Below, one piece after another: positions 37,327 to 47,653 of a DNA stretch of 64,000 bases. Made by a program: the position numbers and the translations under genes. The notes under the pieces are model-generated. The model saw only the letters and a program-made list of their open reading frames with translations. It was not told where the DNA came from and made no database searches. Positions within the stretch are counted from its first letter, which is position 1. Each line of letters starts with the position of its first letter. Origin of the DNA: an uncultured Ignavibacteriaceae bacterium (GTDB lineage: Bacteria > Bacteroidota > Ignavibacteria > Ignavibacteriales > Ignavibacteriaceae); contig CAZAOG010000002.1 in assembly GCA_964486645.1 (NCBI GenBank), forward strand, positions 1,012-65,011. Direction: 5' to 3'.

Positions 37327-38604
37327 TTATTCTGTATCAAATTCAACTTGTAAATCACCAACGTATAAGGTTTTGGGGAAATTAATATTTTGAGAAAAAT
37401 AAACTGCACCGAATACATCATCATGCTGCTGGTATTTTACATCTCCTTTAAGGGTTTGCCCTAAAACAGGTACATTTATAGATACATTAAATTTAACCTC
37501 AAGGTCTCCAGTATCTTGCTCAACACCGCTGAAATGCATGACGGTATTTGGCTGCAATACATCCCTTAAAACCGGACTCCAATAATTTCCATATACCCAG
37601 CCTGTCCGGTAATTATGATAAAAAAAGCCTGTCCATCCATTATATGGTGAATCTAAGTAGACACTAACTCCGCCAAGTGGGGAATTCGTAGTACTATTTA
37701 CATTAACAAATTTCATTTTAAATTCGAACTCAGGTTCACCGTTTGTCCAATACGGTTCATAATTTGATATGTTATTTACTGAAAAACCTTTCAAAATAAG
37801 TGTTTGGAATTGTCCCCAAGTATGTCCACTACCCCCGGAACCACCACCAGAACCGCCAAGGCCACCATCGTCTATTAGTTGTTTCCTCGGCTTTATTTCA
37901 TCTTTTACAGGTGTTTTCAGTTTATCTATTTTTTTATTTTGCCACTGAGCATCATCATTACTCGAATAATTTTTAAGTTCATTCTTTAGTGAAGGGCTAA
38001 TTTTATCCAATATCATTTTTCTTTCATTTTCGGATAATATTACATAAGGAATGTTTGGGGCGGTTTCTTTTGTAATAATTACTTTCTCTCCGTTTTTATT
38101 ATACCCAACTAACTCCCTAATTTCCGTATCTTGAACTCCAAAGGGATAATAAGCAACTATCAACCCACCGTTAGCTTTAATTTCATTATCAGTCCATCTA
38201 GCAGCATAAGGCATAGCAATTTGAAGATTGTTAAAATTATTTTCTAATTCATTAATTTTAATTTCTTTAACGGTGCCAAAATTTGAAGTGTTTTTATTCA
38301 AGGAGCTACTAACTTTTAATTCTTTAGCCGTATTTTCAATTTCGCCAAGTGTATTTGGATTTAAATAATCTAATGGCACTTCAAAATCACCGTCAATTTG
38401 TGTGGATATTTTTGCAAACACTTCTTGGCGTACCTTATCATTTTTCTGCAGTTCATAAGCTAAAACTTTTGCTAAGTTTGCAGCTGTTTGTTGTTTCTTA
38501 TTGAATACTACATTAGATGTTGTTTGTGATTCAGGAGCATTAACAGATGAATTATCCGTACATTGAACAAATAAAAAAACAAGCATAAAGCTAAATAAAT
38601 ACAA
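37327..38604 (-). CDS. Orphan two-domain lipoprotein with a Gly/Ser linker (425 aa, TTG start)
   Basis: Signal and lipobox FLFVQC; linker GGLGGSGGGSGGSG. I recognise no family for either domain. Confidence 0.6.
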   Translation of the reverse strand: MYLFSFMLVFLFVQCTDNSSVNAPESQTTSNVVFNKKQQTAANLAKVLAYELQKNDKVRQEVFAKISTQIDGDFEVPLDYLNPNTLGEIENTAKELKVSSSLNKNTSNFGTVKEIKINELENNFNNLQIAMPYAARWTDNEIKANGGLIVAYYPFGVQDTEIRELVGYNKNGEKVIITKETAPNIPYVILSENERKMILDKISPSLKNELKNYSSNDDAQWQNKKIDKLKTPVKDEIKPRKQLIDDGGLGGSGGGSGGSGHTWGQFQTLILKGFSVNNISNYEPYWTNGEPEFEFKMKFVNVNSTTNSPLGGVSVYLDSPYNGWTGFFYHNYRTGWVYGNYWSPVLRDVLQPNTVMHFSGVEQDTGDLEVKFNVSINVPVLGQTLKGDVKYQQHDDVFGAVYFSQNINFPKTLYVGDLQVEFDTE

Positions 38605-38832
38605 GAATGCTTTCTTTACATTACTAACACAACTTTTACTAACCTTAAAAAATAAGTTGTGGGTGGGGGGCCTTAGGATGTTTTGTTATCATAACACTTT
38701 TTCCTTAATAATTAGTTAAAAAATTTTGCGTTAATAACACCGCAATTTTATAACACATAATTTTAATTATGTATAAAAAAAAATTAAAAAGTATTTAATT
38801 AAATTACAACATGTTAATTTAGGAAGCGTGCA

Positions 38833-38891
38833 AATTTTCGGTTGCTTTTTCATATTTTACACCTTTATGGCGTTTTTAGCAACCGAAAATT
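38833..38891. repeat. Perfect 13-bp inverted repeat with a 33-nt spacer
   Basis: AATTTTCGGTTGC (38833-38845) and GCAACCGAAAATT (38879-38891). It lies between the ispD stop and the promoter region of the orphan lipoprotein gene. Confidence 0.8.
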
Positions 38892-38931
38892 GTCACGCCT
38901 ATTTAATTTTTGGAATGCGAAGTTAAAGGAA

Positions 38932-39606
38932 CTATTTAATGTATGTTTTGAAGATATTTAAGTCTTCTTTTGTTGTAATCTTTATATTGATTGCAGAACC
39001 GTTAATAAGGAATATTCTTTTGCCGATTTTTTTCATTAGACTTGATTCATCAGTTCCTTTAAAATTATTTTCTTCGGCATATTTTATTGCTTTTATAAAA
39101 TCTTTATATTTAAAAATTTGAGGCGTTTGAATGTAACGAACATTGGTTCGGTCAATATAATTTTGAATTGTTCTTTTGCCCAAAGCAAGAGTATCTTTAG
39201 CCTTAATACTTACCACAGCATTTCCGTACTTTTTTGCAAACTTTATGGAATTGTTTAAAACATTTTTGGTTAAAAGAGGTCTTGCCGCGTCGTGAACTAC
39301 TATTAAATCATTTTTATCTGCTTTTAATGATTTTATGCAGTTGAAAACAGAATCTTGTCGTGTTTTGCCTCCGGGTACAATAGCGCCAACTTTTGTAAAG
39401 TTATACCTCTGTTTAATTTGATTTAATTTTTTGTGAAACTTTGGCTCGGCGGCAATTATTATTTGATTTACCAAACCGGATTTTTGGAAAATCTCTATCG
39501 TGTAGGCAATAAGTTCTTTGCCATAAAATTTTAGATACTGCTTAGGAACGGAACTTCCGCTCCTAAGCCCTTTACCGCCGGCCGGTATAATTGTAAAAGT
39601 TCTCAT
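38932..39606 (-). CDS. ispD: 2-C-methyl-D-erythritol 4-phosphate cytidylyltransferase
   Basis: IIPAGGKGLRSG N-terminal motif; 224 aa; 4-nt overlap with queA. Confidence 0.9.
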   Translation of the reverse strand: MRTFTIIPAGGKGLRSGSSVPKQYLKFYGKELIAYTIEIFQKSGLVNQIIIAAEPKFHKKLNQIKQRYNFTKVGAIVPGGKTRQDSVFNCIKSLKADKNDLIVVHDAARPLLTKNVLNNSIKFAKKYGNAVVSIKAKDTLALGKRTIQNYIDRTNVRYIQTPQIFKYKDFIKAIKYAEENNFKGTDESSLMKKIGKRIFLINGSAINIKITTKEDLNIFKTYIK

Positions 39607-40637
39607 TTAATTAACATTGCATCGCCGTAACTTAGAAATCTGTATTTTTCTCTCATAGCTTTTTTGTAAGATTTCATCAAAAAGTCATAACCGGCAAATG
39701 CACTAGCCAACATTACCAAAGTAGATTCAGGTGCGTGGAAATTAGTAATTAATTTATCAACAATTTTAAAATCATAAGGAGGATAAATAAATTTATCCGT
39801 CCACCCGCTGCTTGGTTTAACCAAACCGGCGGCAGTAATCGATGTTTCCAAAGCACGTGTTGCACTTGTTCCTACAACGATAACATTCTTTTTGGAAGTT
39901 TTTGCTTTATTGATCAATTCCGCCGCTTTAGGTGTGATTTCATAAAACTCGGAATCCATTTTATGTTTTGTAAGGTCTTCAACTTCAACAGGTCTGAAAG
40001 TTCCCAGACCTATATGCAGAATTACAGGTACGATTTTTATTCCTTTTCTTGTTATTTTGCTTAAAAGTTTTTCCGTAAAATGAAGTCCTGCAGTAGGCGC
40101 AGCAACCGCACCGTCAACTTTAGCGTAAACGGTTTGATAATTTTCTTTATCTTCAGGTTCCACATCTCTTTTAATATAAGGCGGTAAAGGGGTATGCCCG
40201 ATTTTTTCAACCGCGTTAAAAACATTTCCGGGTTGATTGAAGCGTACTGTTCTGCCTCTTGAGGTGGTGTTGTCAATAACTTCGCACCAAAGTTTATCAT
40301 TAAAATATATTTTATTTCCGATTCTAACTTTTCTTGCCGGGTCTACAATTACATCCCAAATACAATCTTCTTCATTAAGTTCACGCAGCAAAAAGACTTC
40401 AATTTTAGCGTTGGTTTTTTCTTTTTTACCGTAAAGTCTTGCTTGGAATACGCGTGTTTCATTAATAACAAGCACATCACCTTTTGACATATAATCAATT
40501 ACATCCGAAAAGACTTTGTGTTCTACAGTTTCCGTTTTTTTGTCTAAAACAATTAATCTTGCTTTATCTCTCGGAGTTACCGGATATTTGGCAATATAAG
40601 TTTTAGGTAAATTAAATTTAAAATCAGATAGCTTCAT
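39603..40637 (-). CDS. queA: S-adenosylmethionine:tRNA ribosyltransferase-isomerase
   Basis: GHTPLPPYIKR, with family-typical length and ends. Confidence 0.93.
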   Translation of the reverse strand: MKLSDFKFNLPKTYIAKYPVTPRDKARLIVLDKKTETVEHKVFSDVIDYMSKGDVLVINETRVFQARLYGKKEKTNAKIEVFLLRELNEEDCIWDVIVDPARKVRIGNKIYFNDKLWCEVIDNTTSRGRTVRFNQPGNVFNAVEKIGHTPLPPYIKRDVEPEDKENYQTVYAKVDGAVAAPTAGLHFTEKLLSKITRKGIKIVPVILHIGLGTFRPVEVEDLTKHKMDSEFYEITPKAAELINKAKTSKKNVIVVGTSATRALETSITAAGLVKPSSGWTDKFIYPPYDFKIVDKLITNFHAPESTLVMLASAFAGYDFLMKSYKKAMREKYRFLSYGDAMLIK

Positions 40638-40677
40638 ATTTTTAGCATCCTTTATTTAGTTAACAAATTCTTTATAA

Positions 40678-43404
40678 TTACTTTTTATTATTTAATACCG
40701 AACGAGCAGCTGCAAGCCTGGCAATCGGAACCCTGAAAGGAGAACAACTAACATAATTAAGTCCGATATTGTGACAAAATTCTACCGATGCAGGTTCTCC
40801 GCCGTGTTCTCCGCAAATGCCCACTTTCAAATTCGGTCGTGTTGCTCTTCCTCTTTCTACTCCAAGTTTCACCAATTGTCCAACGCCCGCTTGATCTAAA
40901 ACTTCGAACGGATCGTTTTGTAATAATTCGGCTTGTACATAAAACGGAAGAAATTTTCCCGCATCATCCCTTGAAAGACCGAATGTAGTTTGGGTTAAAT
41001 CGTTAGTACCAAAGCTGAAAAATTCGGCACTTTCTGCAATTTGATCCGCGGTTAAAGCGGCTCTCGGAAGTTCAATCATCGTACCTACGAGATAATTAAC
41101 TTTAATTTTCTTTTTCTTCATAACATTTTCTGCAACCGTTCTAACGATTTTTTCCTGTAGTTTGAATTCATTTACATGTCCTACTAAAGGTATCATTATT
41201 TCCGGTTTAACTTTTATTCCTTTTGCTTTTGCCTGGCAGGCGGCTTCAATAATGGCTTGAGCCTGCATCTCGGTAATTTCCGGATAAATAACACCAAGTC
41301 TGCAACCGCGGAAACCGAGCATAGGATTGAATTCTTTTAAGCTTGCAATTTTAGATTTCAAAACACTTACTTTTATCTTCAAAGCAGAAGCAAGTTCTTT
41401 TATATCTTTTTCCGAATGAGGCAGAAATTCGTGTAAAGGCGGATCCAATGTTCTTATTGTAACCGGTTTACCTTTCATAACTTTAAATATTGAGTAGAAG
41501 TCTTTTCTTTGCAGAGGAAGAAGTTCTTTTAAGGCTTTTTTTCTGTCCTCCAATGTGTCGGCAACTATCATTTTTCTAACGGACATAATTCTGTCACCGC
41601 CGAAAAACATATGTTCGGTTCTGCAAAGACCTATTCCTTCTGCGCCAAACGCAATTGCATTTGCCGCCTGATCGCCCTGGTCTGCGTTTGTTCTAACTTT
41701 CATAGTTCTAATTTTATCAGCCCAGCTCATCAAACTTGCATAAGTTTTGTAAACCGATGATTTTTTTCCGTCCATTGTTTTGGAAATTAATACCTGGATC
41801 ACTTCCGAAGGTTTGGTTACCAGCTTTCCTAAAATTACTTCGCCCGTTGTTCCGTCTAAAGAAATATAGTCGCCTTCTTTGACAACGATATTTTTTCCTT
41901 CTACGGTAAAATTTCTTTTCTTGTAATCTATTTTTAACTCGCTGCACCCCGCAACACAAACCTTTCCCATCTGTCTTGCAACCAAAGCCGCGTGCGAGGT
42001 CATTCCGCCTCTTGCTGTTAGAATTCCTTCGGAGGCATTCATGCCTTTTATGTCTTCGGGTGAAGTTTCGATTCTTACCAAAATCACTTTTTCGCCTTTA
42101 GATGCCATTTCGTGTGCATCCTGCGCACTTAGTGCCACACGACCCGAAGCCGCGCCGGGACCTGCGTTCAGTCCTTTAGTCAGCAATTTATTTTGAACAA
42201 TCGCTTTTCTTTTTTCGGCTGGATCGAATATGGGACGAAGCAATTGATTTAATTGATTCGGCTCTATTCTTGAAATAGCCGTTTCTTTAGATATAAGTTT
42301 TTCCTTAACCATATCAACCGCCATTTTAATAGCAGCAAATCCGGTTCTCTTCCCTACTCTGCATTGCAACATCCAAAGTTTACCCTGTTGAATGGTAAAC
42401 TCTATATCCATCATATCTTTATAATGCTTTTCCAATTTTTTACGGATTGTTATAAGTTCTTTATATATTTTAGCGTTATCTTTTCTTAAATCGGAAATCG
42501 GATTTGGAGTTCTAGTTCCCGCTACAACATCTTCTCCCTGTGCGTTGAACAAATATTCCCCGTAGAAAGAATTATCGCCAGTTGCAGGGTCTCTTGTAAA
42601 CGCAACGCCGGTTCCGGAGTCTTCACCCATATTACCGAAGACCATCGATTGAACATTTACCGCCGTACCCCATTCGGCCGGGATATTATTAATTTGTCTG
42701 TAAACAATTGCTCTGTCGTTCATCCAAGAGCCAAAAACCGCACCGATTGCGCCCCAAAGTTGTTCCATCGGATCATCGGGAAAACTATGTCCGGTTTTCT
42801 TTTTAATAGCCGATTTAAATTCGGCAACAAGTTCTTTTAAGTGATCGGCGGTAAGTTCCGTATCTAATTTAAAACCGTGTTTGTTTTTCTTTCTTTCCAA
42901 AATTATCTCAAAGGGATCTTCATCCGTTTTGTTAGCGGGTTTTAATCCCAAAACAACATCGCCGTACATTTGAACAAATCTTCTGTAAGAGTCGTAGGCA
43001 AAACGCGGGTTATTTGTTTTTTTAATCAGCCCTTCAACGGTTGTATCGTTTAGTCCGAGATTCAATATTGTATCCATCATTCCGGGCATGGACGCTCTTG
43101 CGCCGCTTCTTACCGAAACAAGCAGCGGATTTTCGGCATCGCCGAATTTAGCCTTCATTGTTTTTTCAACATTCTTAAGGGCTTTTAATACTTCATTCTT
43201 TAGTTTTTTCGGATAGGTATTTTTATTATCGTAATAGTAGGTACATACTTCCGTGGTAATTGTAAAACCGGCAGGTACGGGTAAGCCGATATTTACCATT
43301 TCTGCTAAATTTGCTCCTTTTCCACCTAATAAATTTTTCATTTCCGACTTACCTTCGGCTTTTTTATCACCGAAGAAATATACGTATTTGTGAATATTGG
43401 ACAT
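40678..43404 (-). CDS. ppdK: Pyruvate, phosphate dikinase
   Basis: Phosphohistidine motif [16 protein letters not shown]; 908 aa; C-terminal PEP-utilising TIM domain. Confidence 0.95.
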   Translation of the reverse strand: MSNIHKYVYFFGDKKAEGKSEMKNLLGGKGANLAEMVNIGLPVPAGFTITTEVCTYYYDNKNTYPKKLKNEVLKALKNVEKTMKAKFGDAENPLLVSVRSGARASMPGMMDTILNLGLNDTTVEGLIKKTNNPRFAYDSYRRFVQMYGDVVLGLKPANKTDEDPFEIILERKKNKHGFKLDTELTADHLKELVAEFKSAIKKKTGHSFPDDPMEQLWGAIGAVFGSWMNDRAIVYRQINNIPAEWGTAVNVQSMVFGNMGEDSGTGVAFTRDPATGDNSFYGEYLFNAQGEDVVAGTRTPNPISDLRKDNAKIYKELITIRKKLEKHYKDMMDIEFTIQQGKLWMLQCRVGKRTGFAAIKMAVDMVKEKLISKETAISRIEPNQLNQLLRPIFDPAEKRKAIVQNKLLTKGLNAGPGAASGRVALSAQDAHEMASKGEKVILVRIETSPEDIKGMNASEGILTARGGMTSHAALVARQMGKVCVAGCSELKIDYKKRNFTVEGKNIVVKEGDYISLDGTTGEVILGKLVTKPSEVIQVLISKTMDGKKSSVYKTYASLMSWADKIRTMKVRTNADQGDQAANAIAFGAEGIGLCRTEHMFFGGDRIMSVRKMIVADTLEDRKKALKELLPLQRKDFYSIFKVMKGKPVTIRTLDPPLHEFLPHSEKDIKELASALKIKVSVLKSKIASLKEFNPMLGFRGCRLGVIYPEITEMQAQAIIEAACQAKAKGIKVKPEIMIPLVGHVNEFKLQEKIVRTVAENVMKKKKIKVNYLVGTMIELPRAALTADQIAESAEFFSFGTNDLTQTTFGLSRDDAGKFLPFYVQAELLQNDPFEVLDQAGVGQLVKLGVERGRATRPNLKVGICGEHGGEPASVEFCHNIGLNYVSCSPFRVPIARLAAARSVLNNKK

Positions 43405-43461
43405 AAGATAAATCCTCCTTAAAATAAGTTTGGCAAATATACAATGAAAATTTCTTTTTTG

Positions 43462-44505
43462 TTAATTTATTTTACTTAAAATAAAATTTTTAAACTTCTT
43501 TTCGTCCTCCATTCTCAGTTCTATCTTCAAGTAAAATATCTCAACATCGTCAAATGCATCCGAGTATTTTGTCAATTTCACACTGTCTTTTTGTGTGGTT
43601 ACAACGGAATGCGAATTAGTTTTATAAAATTCAGAGCGGATTTTTTGAATTTCTTTAAGCGTATATTTTTTATGATCCTGAAAAATAATTTGATTAGACG
43701 TATCAACGTTTGTTTGTTTCAAAGCATTAATAAATGAATATGGGTTTGCAATGCCCGAAACAATAAGACTTTTTTGTCCTTCAAAGTCATTAACCGAATA
43801 TTCCGTTCCTTTTACCGCATCTACAAAGCCGACGACTTTATAGTATGAGTAAAAAATGTTTTTATCTTTTCCGTACTTTATAATTTCGTCAGAAAGAGGA
43901 AGTGCGGGTGAGAATTTTTTATTTATAATAATTGCGTCCGCTCTGTTTACGGATTTATAATTTTCTCTCATGTTACCCGTAGGAAGCAGTCTTTGCGAAA
44001 AGAAGCTCGGATCATTTAAAAACTTTTGCTCGCAGATAAGCAAATCGATATCCCGGTTTATCCATCTGTGTTGAAACGCGTCGTCTAAAACCAAGGTATC
44101 TATTCCGGTTTCCGCTATCATTTTTTTTGCGCCTTCAACTCTTTTTTCGCACACGGCTGCAGGTACTTTACATTCGATGGCAGTATGATATATCTCATCG
44201 CCGCTGTGTTCAACATCGGTCAGTAATTTCTCACCGTCGGATATAAGGATATATCCTTTTGATTTCCTTCCGTAACCGCGGCTTAAAACTCCGATTTTCC
44301 TACCTTCATTTTTAAGTAGATTGGTAAGATATATAACCAGCGGCGTTTTACCGGAGCCTCCGACGGTAATATTGCCGACAGAAATAACCTTTGCGTTAAC
44401 GCTCACGGACTTAAAAATTCCCTTTTTAAAAAGCCAATTTCTAATTGAAATTATGAAGGCATAAACCGGCACCAAGGGATATAATATGAATCTTAAAATT
44501 TTCAT
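43462..44505 (-). CDS. lpxK: Tetraacyldisaccharide 4'-kinase
   Basis: VGNITVGGSGKTP P-loop. Confidence 0.9.
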   Translation of the reverse strand: MKILRFILYPLVPVYAFIISIRNWLFKKGIFKSVSVNAKVISVGNITVGGSGKTPLVIYLTNLLKNEGRKIGVLSRGYGRKSKGYILISDGEKLLTDVEHSGDEIYHTAIECKVPAAVCEKRVEGAKKMIAETGIDTLVLDDAFQHRWINRDIDLLICEQKFLNDPSFFSQRLLPTGNMRENYKSVNRADAIIINKKFSPALPLSDEIIKYGKDKNIFYSYYKVVGFVDAVKGTEYSVNDFEGQKSLIVSGIANPYSFINALKQTNVDTSNQIIFQDHKKYTLKEIQKIRSEFYKTNSHSVVTTQKDSVKLTKYSDAFDDVEIFYLKIELRMEDEKKFKNFILSKIN

Positions 44506-45165
44506 TTAATCAAAAGTCTCTGCTTCTTTTTGAATTTCATTTAATATCTTATTGCATTTTTCTATCATTCTTGATGTTTCGTCGTAACTTAAATCTTTAT
44601 TTATTTCTACCGGGTTGGAGTAAACCACCTTAGCTTTTGTAAATAATTTAGGTATTGTAAATTTATCCCAGCTTTTAAGATTTCTTTTTCTTTTAAAACC
44701 TACCCCCACCATCAACAAAGGAAGACCGCTTTTTTTAGCGGCGATAACCGCGCCCGCTTTCATTTTTCTGTAAGGTCCTACCGGTCCGTCGGGAGTAATT
44801 GAAATTGAACATCCGTTTTTAGCATAGTCCAATAGAATACCCAAAGCGACTTCACCGCCTTCGGTGCTTGAACCTCTAACTACGTTGTATTTCCAAAGTC
44901 TTAAAACTTTTGCCAATAAGTCTCCGTCTTTGCTTTTACTTGTTAGTCCCGCAAAATTTTTATACCTCTGAAGATACCAAGGAAGCAGCATTGAGCCGTG
45001 CCAAAAAGCAAACACAAATTTCTTATTTTCATTTTCCAATTTGTCAATCGCTTCTTTGTTTACATACTTAATTCGCAGCGACCCACACAAAATATTAACA
45101 ATTTGAAATAACGTGTAGTATCCGAGTTTTCTTAAAAATGCCTGTTCAATCTTTCTAATTTTCAT
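44506..45165 (-). CDS. DUF374 lysophospholipid-acyltransferase-like protein
   Basis: 219 aa, in the typical position between lipid A genes and abutting lpxK with no gap. Confidence 0.75.
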   Translation of the reverse strand: MKIRKIEQAFLRKLGYYTLFQIVNILCGSLRIKYVNKEAIDKLENENKKFVFAFWHGSMLLPWYLQRYKNFAGLTSKSKDGDLLAKVLRLWKYNVVRGSSTEGGEVALGILLDYAKNGCSISITPDGPVGPYRKMKAGAVIAAKKSGLPLLMVGVGFKRKRNLKSWDKFTIPKLFTKAKVVYSNPVEINKDLSYDETSRMIEKCNKILNEIQKEAETFD

Positions 45166-46303
45166 AAAGCGAGGAGTGAATTATTTCGGCGGCTCTTTTG
45201 GACGCATCTTCTTTCCCCAAACTCTCCTTTATTTTCTTTAATTCATTTTTGGTATTTAAATATAATACTTCATCGGTCAACAATTTGTCGGCTTCTTCAA
45301 TTATATAATTTGCCTTTACTTTCGATTGAATTAATTCGGGAACTATTTTTTTACCGGATAAAATATTCGCCATTCCTATATCTTTAATTTTAACCAAACT
45401 TTTTCCGATTAAGTAAGTAATTGTACTTGTTTTGTAAACAATAATCATCGGTAATTCCAAAAGGGCGGCTTCCAAAGTTGAAGTTCCGGATTTTATAATT
45501 CCTAATTTTGAATGTTTTAATAAGTCGTATGTAAAACCTTTTATTACTTTAAAATTATTACTATCCGTAAGTGAAAAATATAACTTTTCGTCAATGTTAT
45601 CGGCGCAGGCGGCAACAATCTGCAAATTATATTTTTCAGATATATTTTCTGCAGCTTTAAAACATTCTTGAAATATCGATTTAACTTCGTGTTCCCTGCT
45701 GCCGGAAAGCAGAAGCAAAATTTCCTTATCTCTTTCCAATCCGAATTTATCATACAAATCATCTTTCTCAAGAAATTGATAATTATTCAACCTTTCAATT
45801 AATGGATGACCGACAAATTCGGCATCCACCGAATTTTCCTTGTACATTTTTTCTTCGAAAGGAAAAACAACCAGCATTTTGTTTACTGTTTTTTTTATCT
45901 TTTTAATTCTGCCGGAACCCCACGCCCACAGCTGCGGGGAAATATAATATATAATATTCAAATTTAGTTTTTTGAATTTCCTTGCAATGTTTAAATTAAA
46001 ACCGGGGTAATCAATTAAAACAATATTTTTTATGTTTTTTTCGGTAACAAAATTTAGTAATTCTTTCTGGACTTTTTTTATGAAGGGAAGATGTTCTATT
46101 ACCTCTAAAAATCCTAAAAACGCCATTTTGTTGATATGATATATTAATTTCATTCCGGCTTCCTGCATTTTGTCGCCGCCGATTCCGTAAATTTTAAGTT
46201 CGGGATTTAGGAGTAAAAGTTTTTTTACGAGTGCAGCACCGTGGAGATCGCCGGAAATTTCTCCTGCAATAATAAGTAAATCCTTTTCATCTTGTTTTGG
46301 CAT
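45155..46303 (-). CDS. lpxB: Lipid-A-disaccharide synthase
   Basis: LIIAGEISGDLHGAALV N-terminus; 382 aa. Confidence 0.9.
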   Translation of the reverse strand: MPKQDEKDLLIIAGEISGDLHGAALVKKLLLLNPELKIYGIGGDKMQEAGMKLIYHINKMAFLGFLEVIEHLPFIKKVQKELLNFVTEKNIKNIVLIDYPGFNLNIARKFKKLNLNIIYYISPQLWAWGSGRIKKIKKTVNKMLVVFPFEEKMYKENSVDAEFVGHPLIERLNNYQFLEKDDLYDKFGLERDKEILLLLSGSREHEVKSIFQECFKAAENISEKYNLQIVAACADNIDEKLYFSLTDSNNFKVIKGFTYDLLKHSKLGIIKSGTSTLEAALLELPMIIVYKTSTITYLIGKSLVKIKDIGMANILSGKKIVPELIQSKVKANYIIEEADKLLTDEVLYLNTKNELKKIKESLGKEDASKRAAEIIHSSLYEN

Positions 46304-46338
46304 TATTTAACAAATTTCTTATTGAAAACATTTTCTGT

Positions 46339-46920
46339 TTATGCAATAAACATCAGCGCTATCAGTATAATGGTAACTATTGAAAAAGCCTGTAAACTTC
46401 TTTTCTCGGATCGGAAGCCTGCTTTTATATTTAATTCAGGCTGCTCAAGATCTTTTACTTTATACGGAGTAATTCTTGGAAAAAATCTGGGGACATTTTT
46501 TAAATAGCTTTCAAATTCCTTCCCGAATTTTTCAATTAAAAAGGACTCTTCTTCTTTTACAATTAAATAATATTGCAGTAAAAAGAAAAGTAAAGCTATA
46601 ATTTGCAAATAGGGAAAAAGCGCAAAAGACATTATTCCGAATCCCGTATAAAGCAGGATGTTTCCCACGTAAAGCGGATTACGCATATATGCAAACGGTC
46701 CGCTTACAATTAAATAAGTTCCTCCCACGCCGCCTGTTGTTCTGGTTTCACTTCCCGCCCAGCTTACGCCCCAAAGACGGATGAGTTCACCTAAAAGAGC
46801 AATTAAAAACCCAATAATCATACTTTGGAATGTAGCTTTTTGAAATACAAACATAAGTATTAAAAACGGTATTGGAGTGTAGCTGCGGTAGTTAAAGAAT
46901 TTTTTTGCTATGTTTGCCAT
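46339..46920 (-). CDS. ICMT/PEMT-family membrane methyltransferase
   Basis: Polytopic, 193 aa, with the MRNPLYVGNILLYTG motif (RHPxYxG-like). Confidence 0.75.
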   Translation of the reverse strand: MANIAKKFFNYRSYTPIPFLILMFVFQKATFQSMIIGFLIALLGELIRLWGVSWAGSETRTTGGVGGTYLIVSGPFAYMRNPLYVGNILLYTGFGIMSFALFPYLQIIALLFFLLQYYLIVKEEESFLIEKFGKEFESYLKNVPRFFPRITPYKVKDLEQPELNIKAGFRSEKRSLQAFSIVTIILIALMFIA

Positions 46921-46921
46921 A

Positions 46922-47641
46922 TTACCCCTGCATGTAGACTTCTCTGCGTTTTAATTCAGCCTGATGTCTTTTTTTTAAGTTCTTTTTTGCCATAAGTTTT
47001 TCAATTTTTATTCTTACATCGTTAAAATCTTTGTACGGGAAATAAGATATTCTCTCTTTTTCGCAGAACTTTAACAGATCATCTTTTGCAAAAATAAAAT
47101 CGCAAAACTGCGCCGTTTCTTTGTCGGAATTTCCGTCGCCGATATAAATGGTGTACTCATCGTCTCCGCTGTGGTTGATAATATGATTTCTCTTACAGTT
47201 GGCCGATGTTACTATTTCTTCATCCTGATACGGAAACGAAGGAAGAAGTTTGTTGTCATCGGTAATTGTTAAATGATTGGCGTAATACTTAATGTGTTCG
47301 ATTCCGTCGTTTGCAAGCAGACGTTCGATGTAATAGTCAAAGCCGTCGCTCAAAATGTAATATTCAAAATTATTCTGTTCGCAGAAATCATAAAACCCGT
47401 GAAAAGTGGGGTCTATTTCCAACGTGTCTATAAATTCGTTAAGTTCTTTCTCCGTTATATAATCTACCGATGCACACAGCCGCAGCCAGCTTTCCTTAGC
47501 GGATATTCTGTCAGCGAGAAGATCATCAATAATTTTTTTTACGGTATTAGGCTCGCCGAATTTTTCAAAAATTGCCTCACCTACATCTCTGGTTGTTATT
47601 GTTCCGTCAAAATCTATAAATATCTTAAAGTTTCTTTTCAT
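46922..47641 (-). CDS. HAD-IB family phosphatase (MtnX / phosphoserine-phosphatase-like)
   Basis: IFIDFDGTITTRD motif I and IYIGDGNSDK motif IV. Its stop lies 1 nt from the ICMT start. Confidence 0.75.
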   Translation of the reverse strand: MKRNFKIFIDFDGTITTRDVGEAIFEKFGEPNTVKKIIDDLLADRISAKESWLRLCASVDYITEKELNEFIDTLEIDPTFHGFYDFCEQNNFEYYILSDGFDYYIERLLANDGIEHIKYYANHLTITDDNKLLPSFPYQDEEIVTSANCKRNHIINHSGDDEYTIYIGDGNSDKETAQFCDFIFAKDDLLKFCEKERISYFPYKDFNDVRIKIEKLMAKKNLKKRHQAELKRREVYMQG

Positions 47642-47653
47642 TTAGAAGTACTT

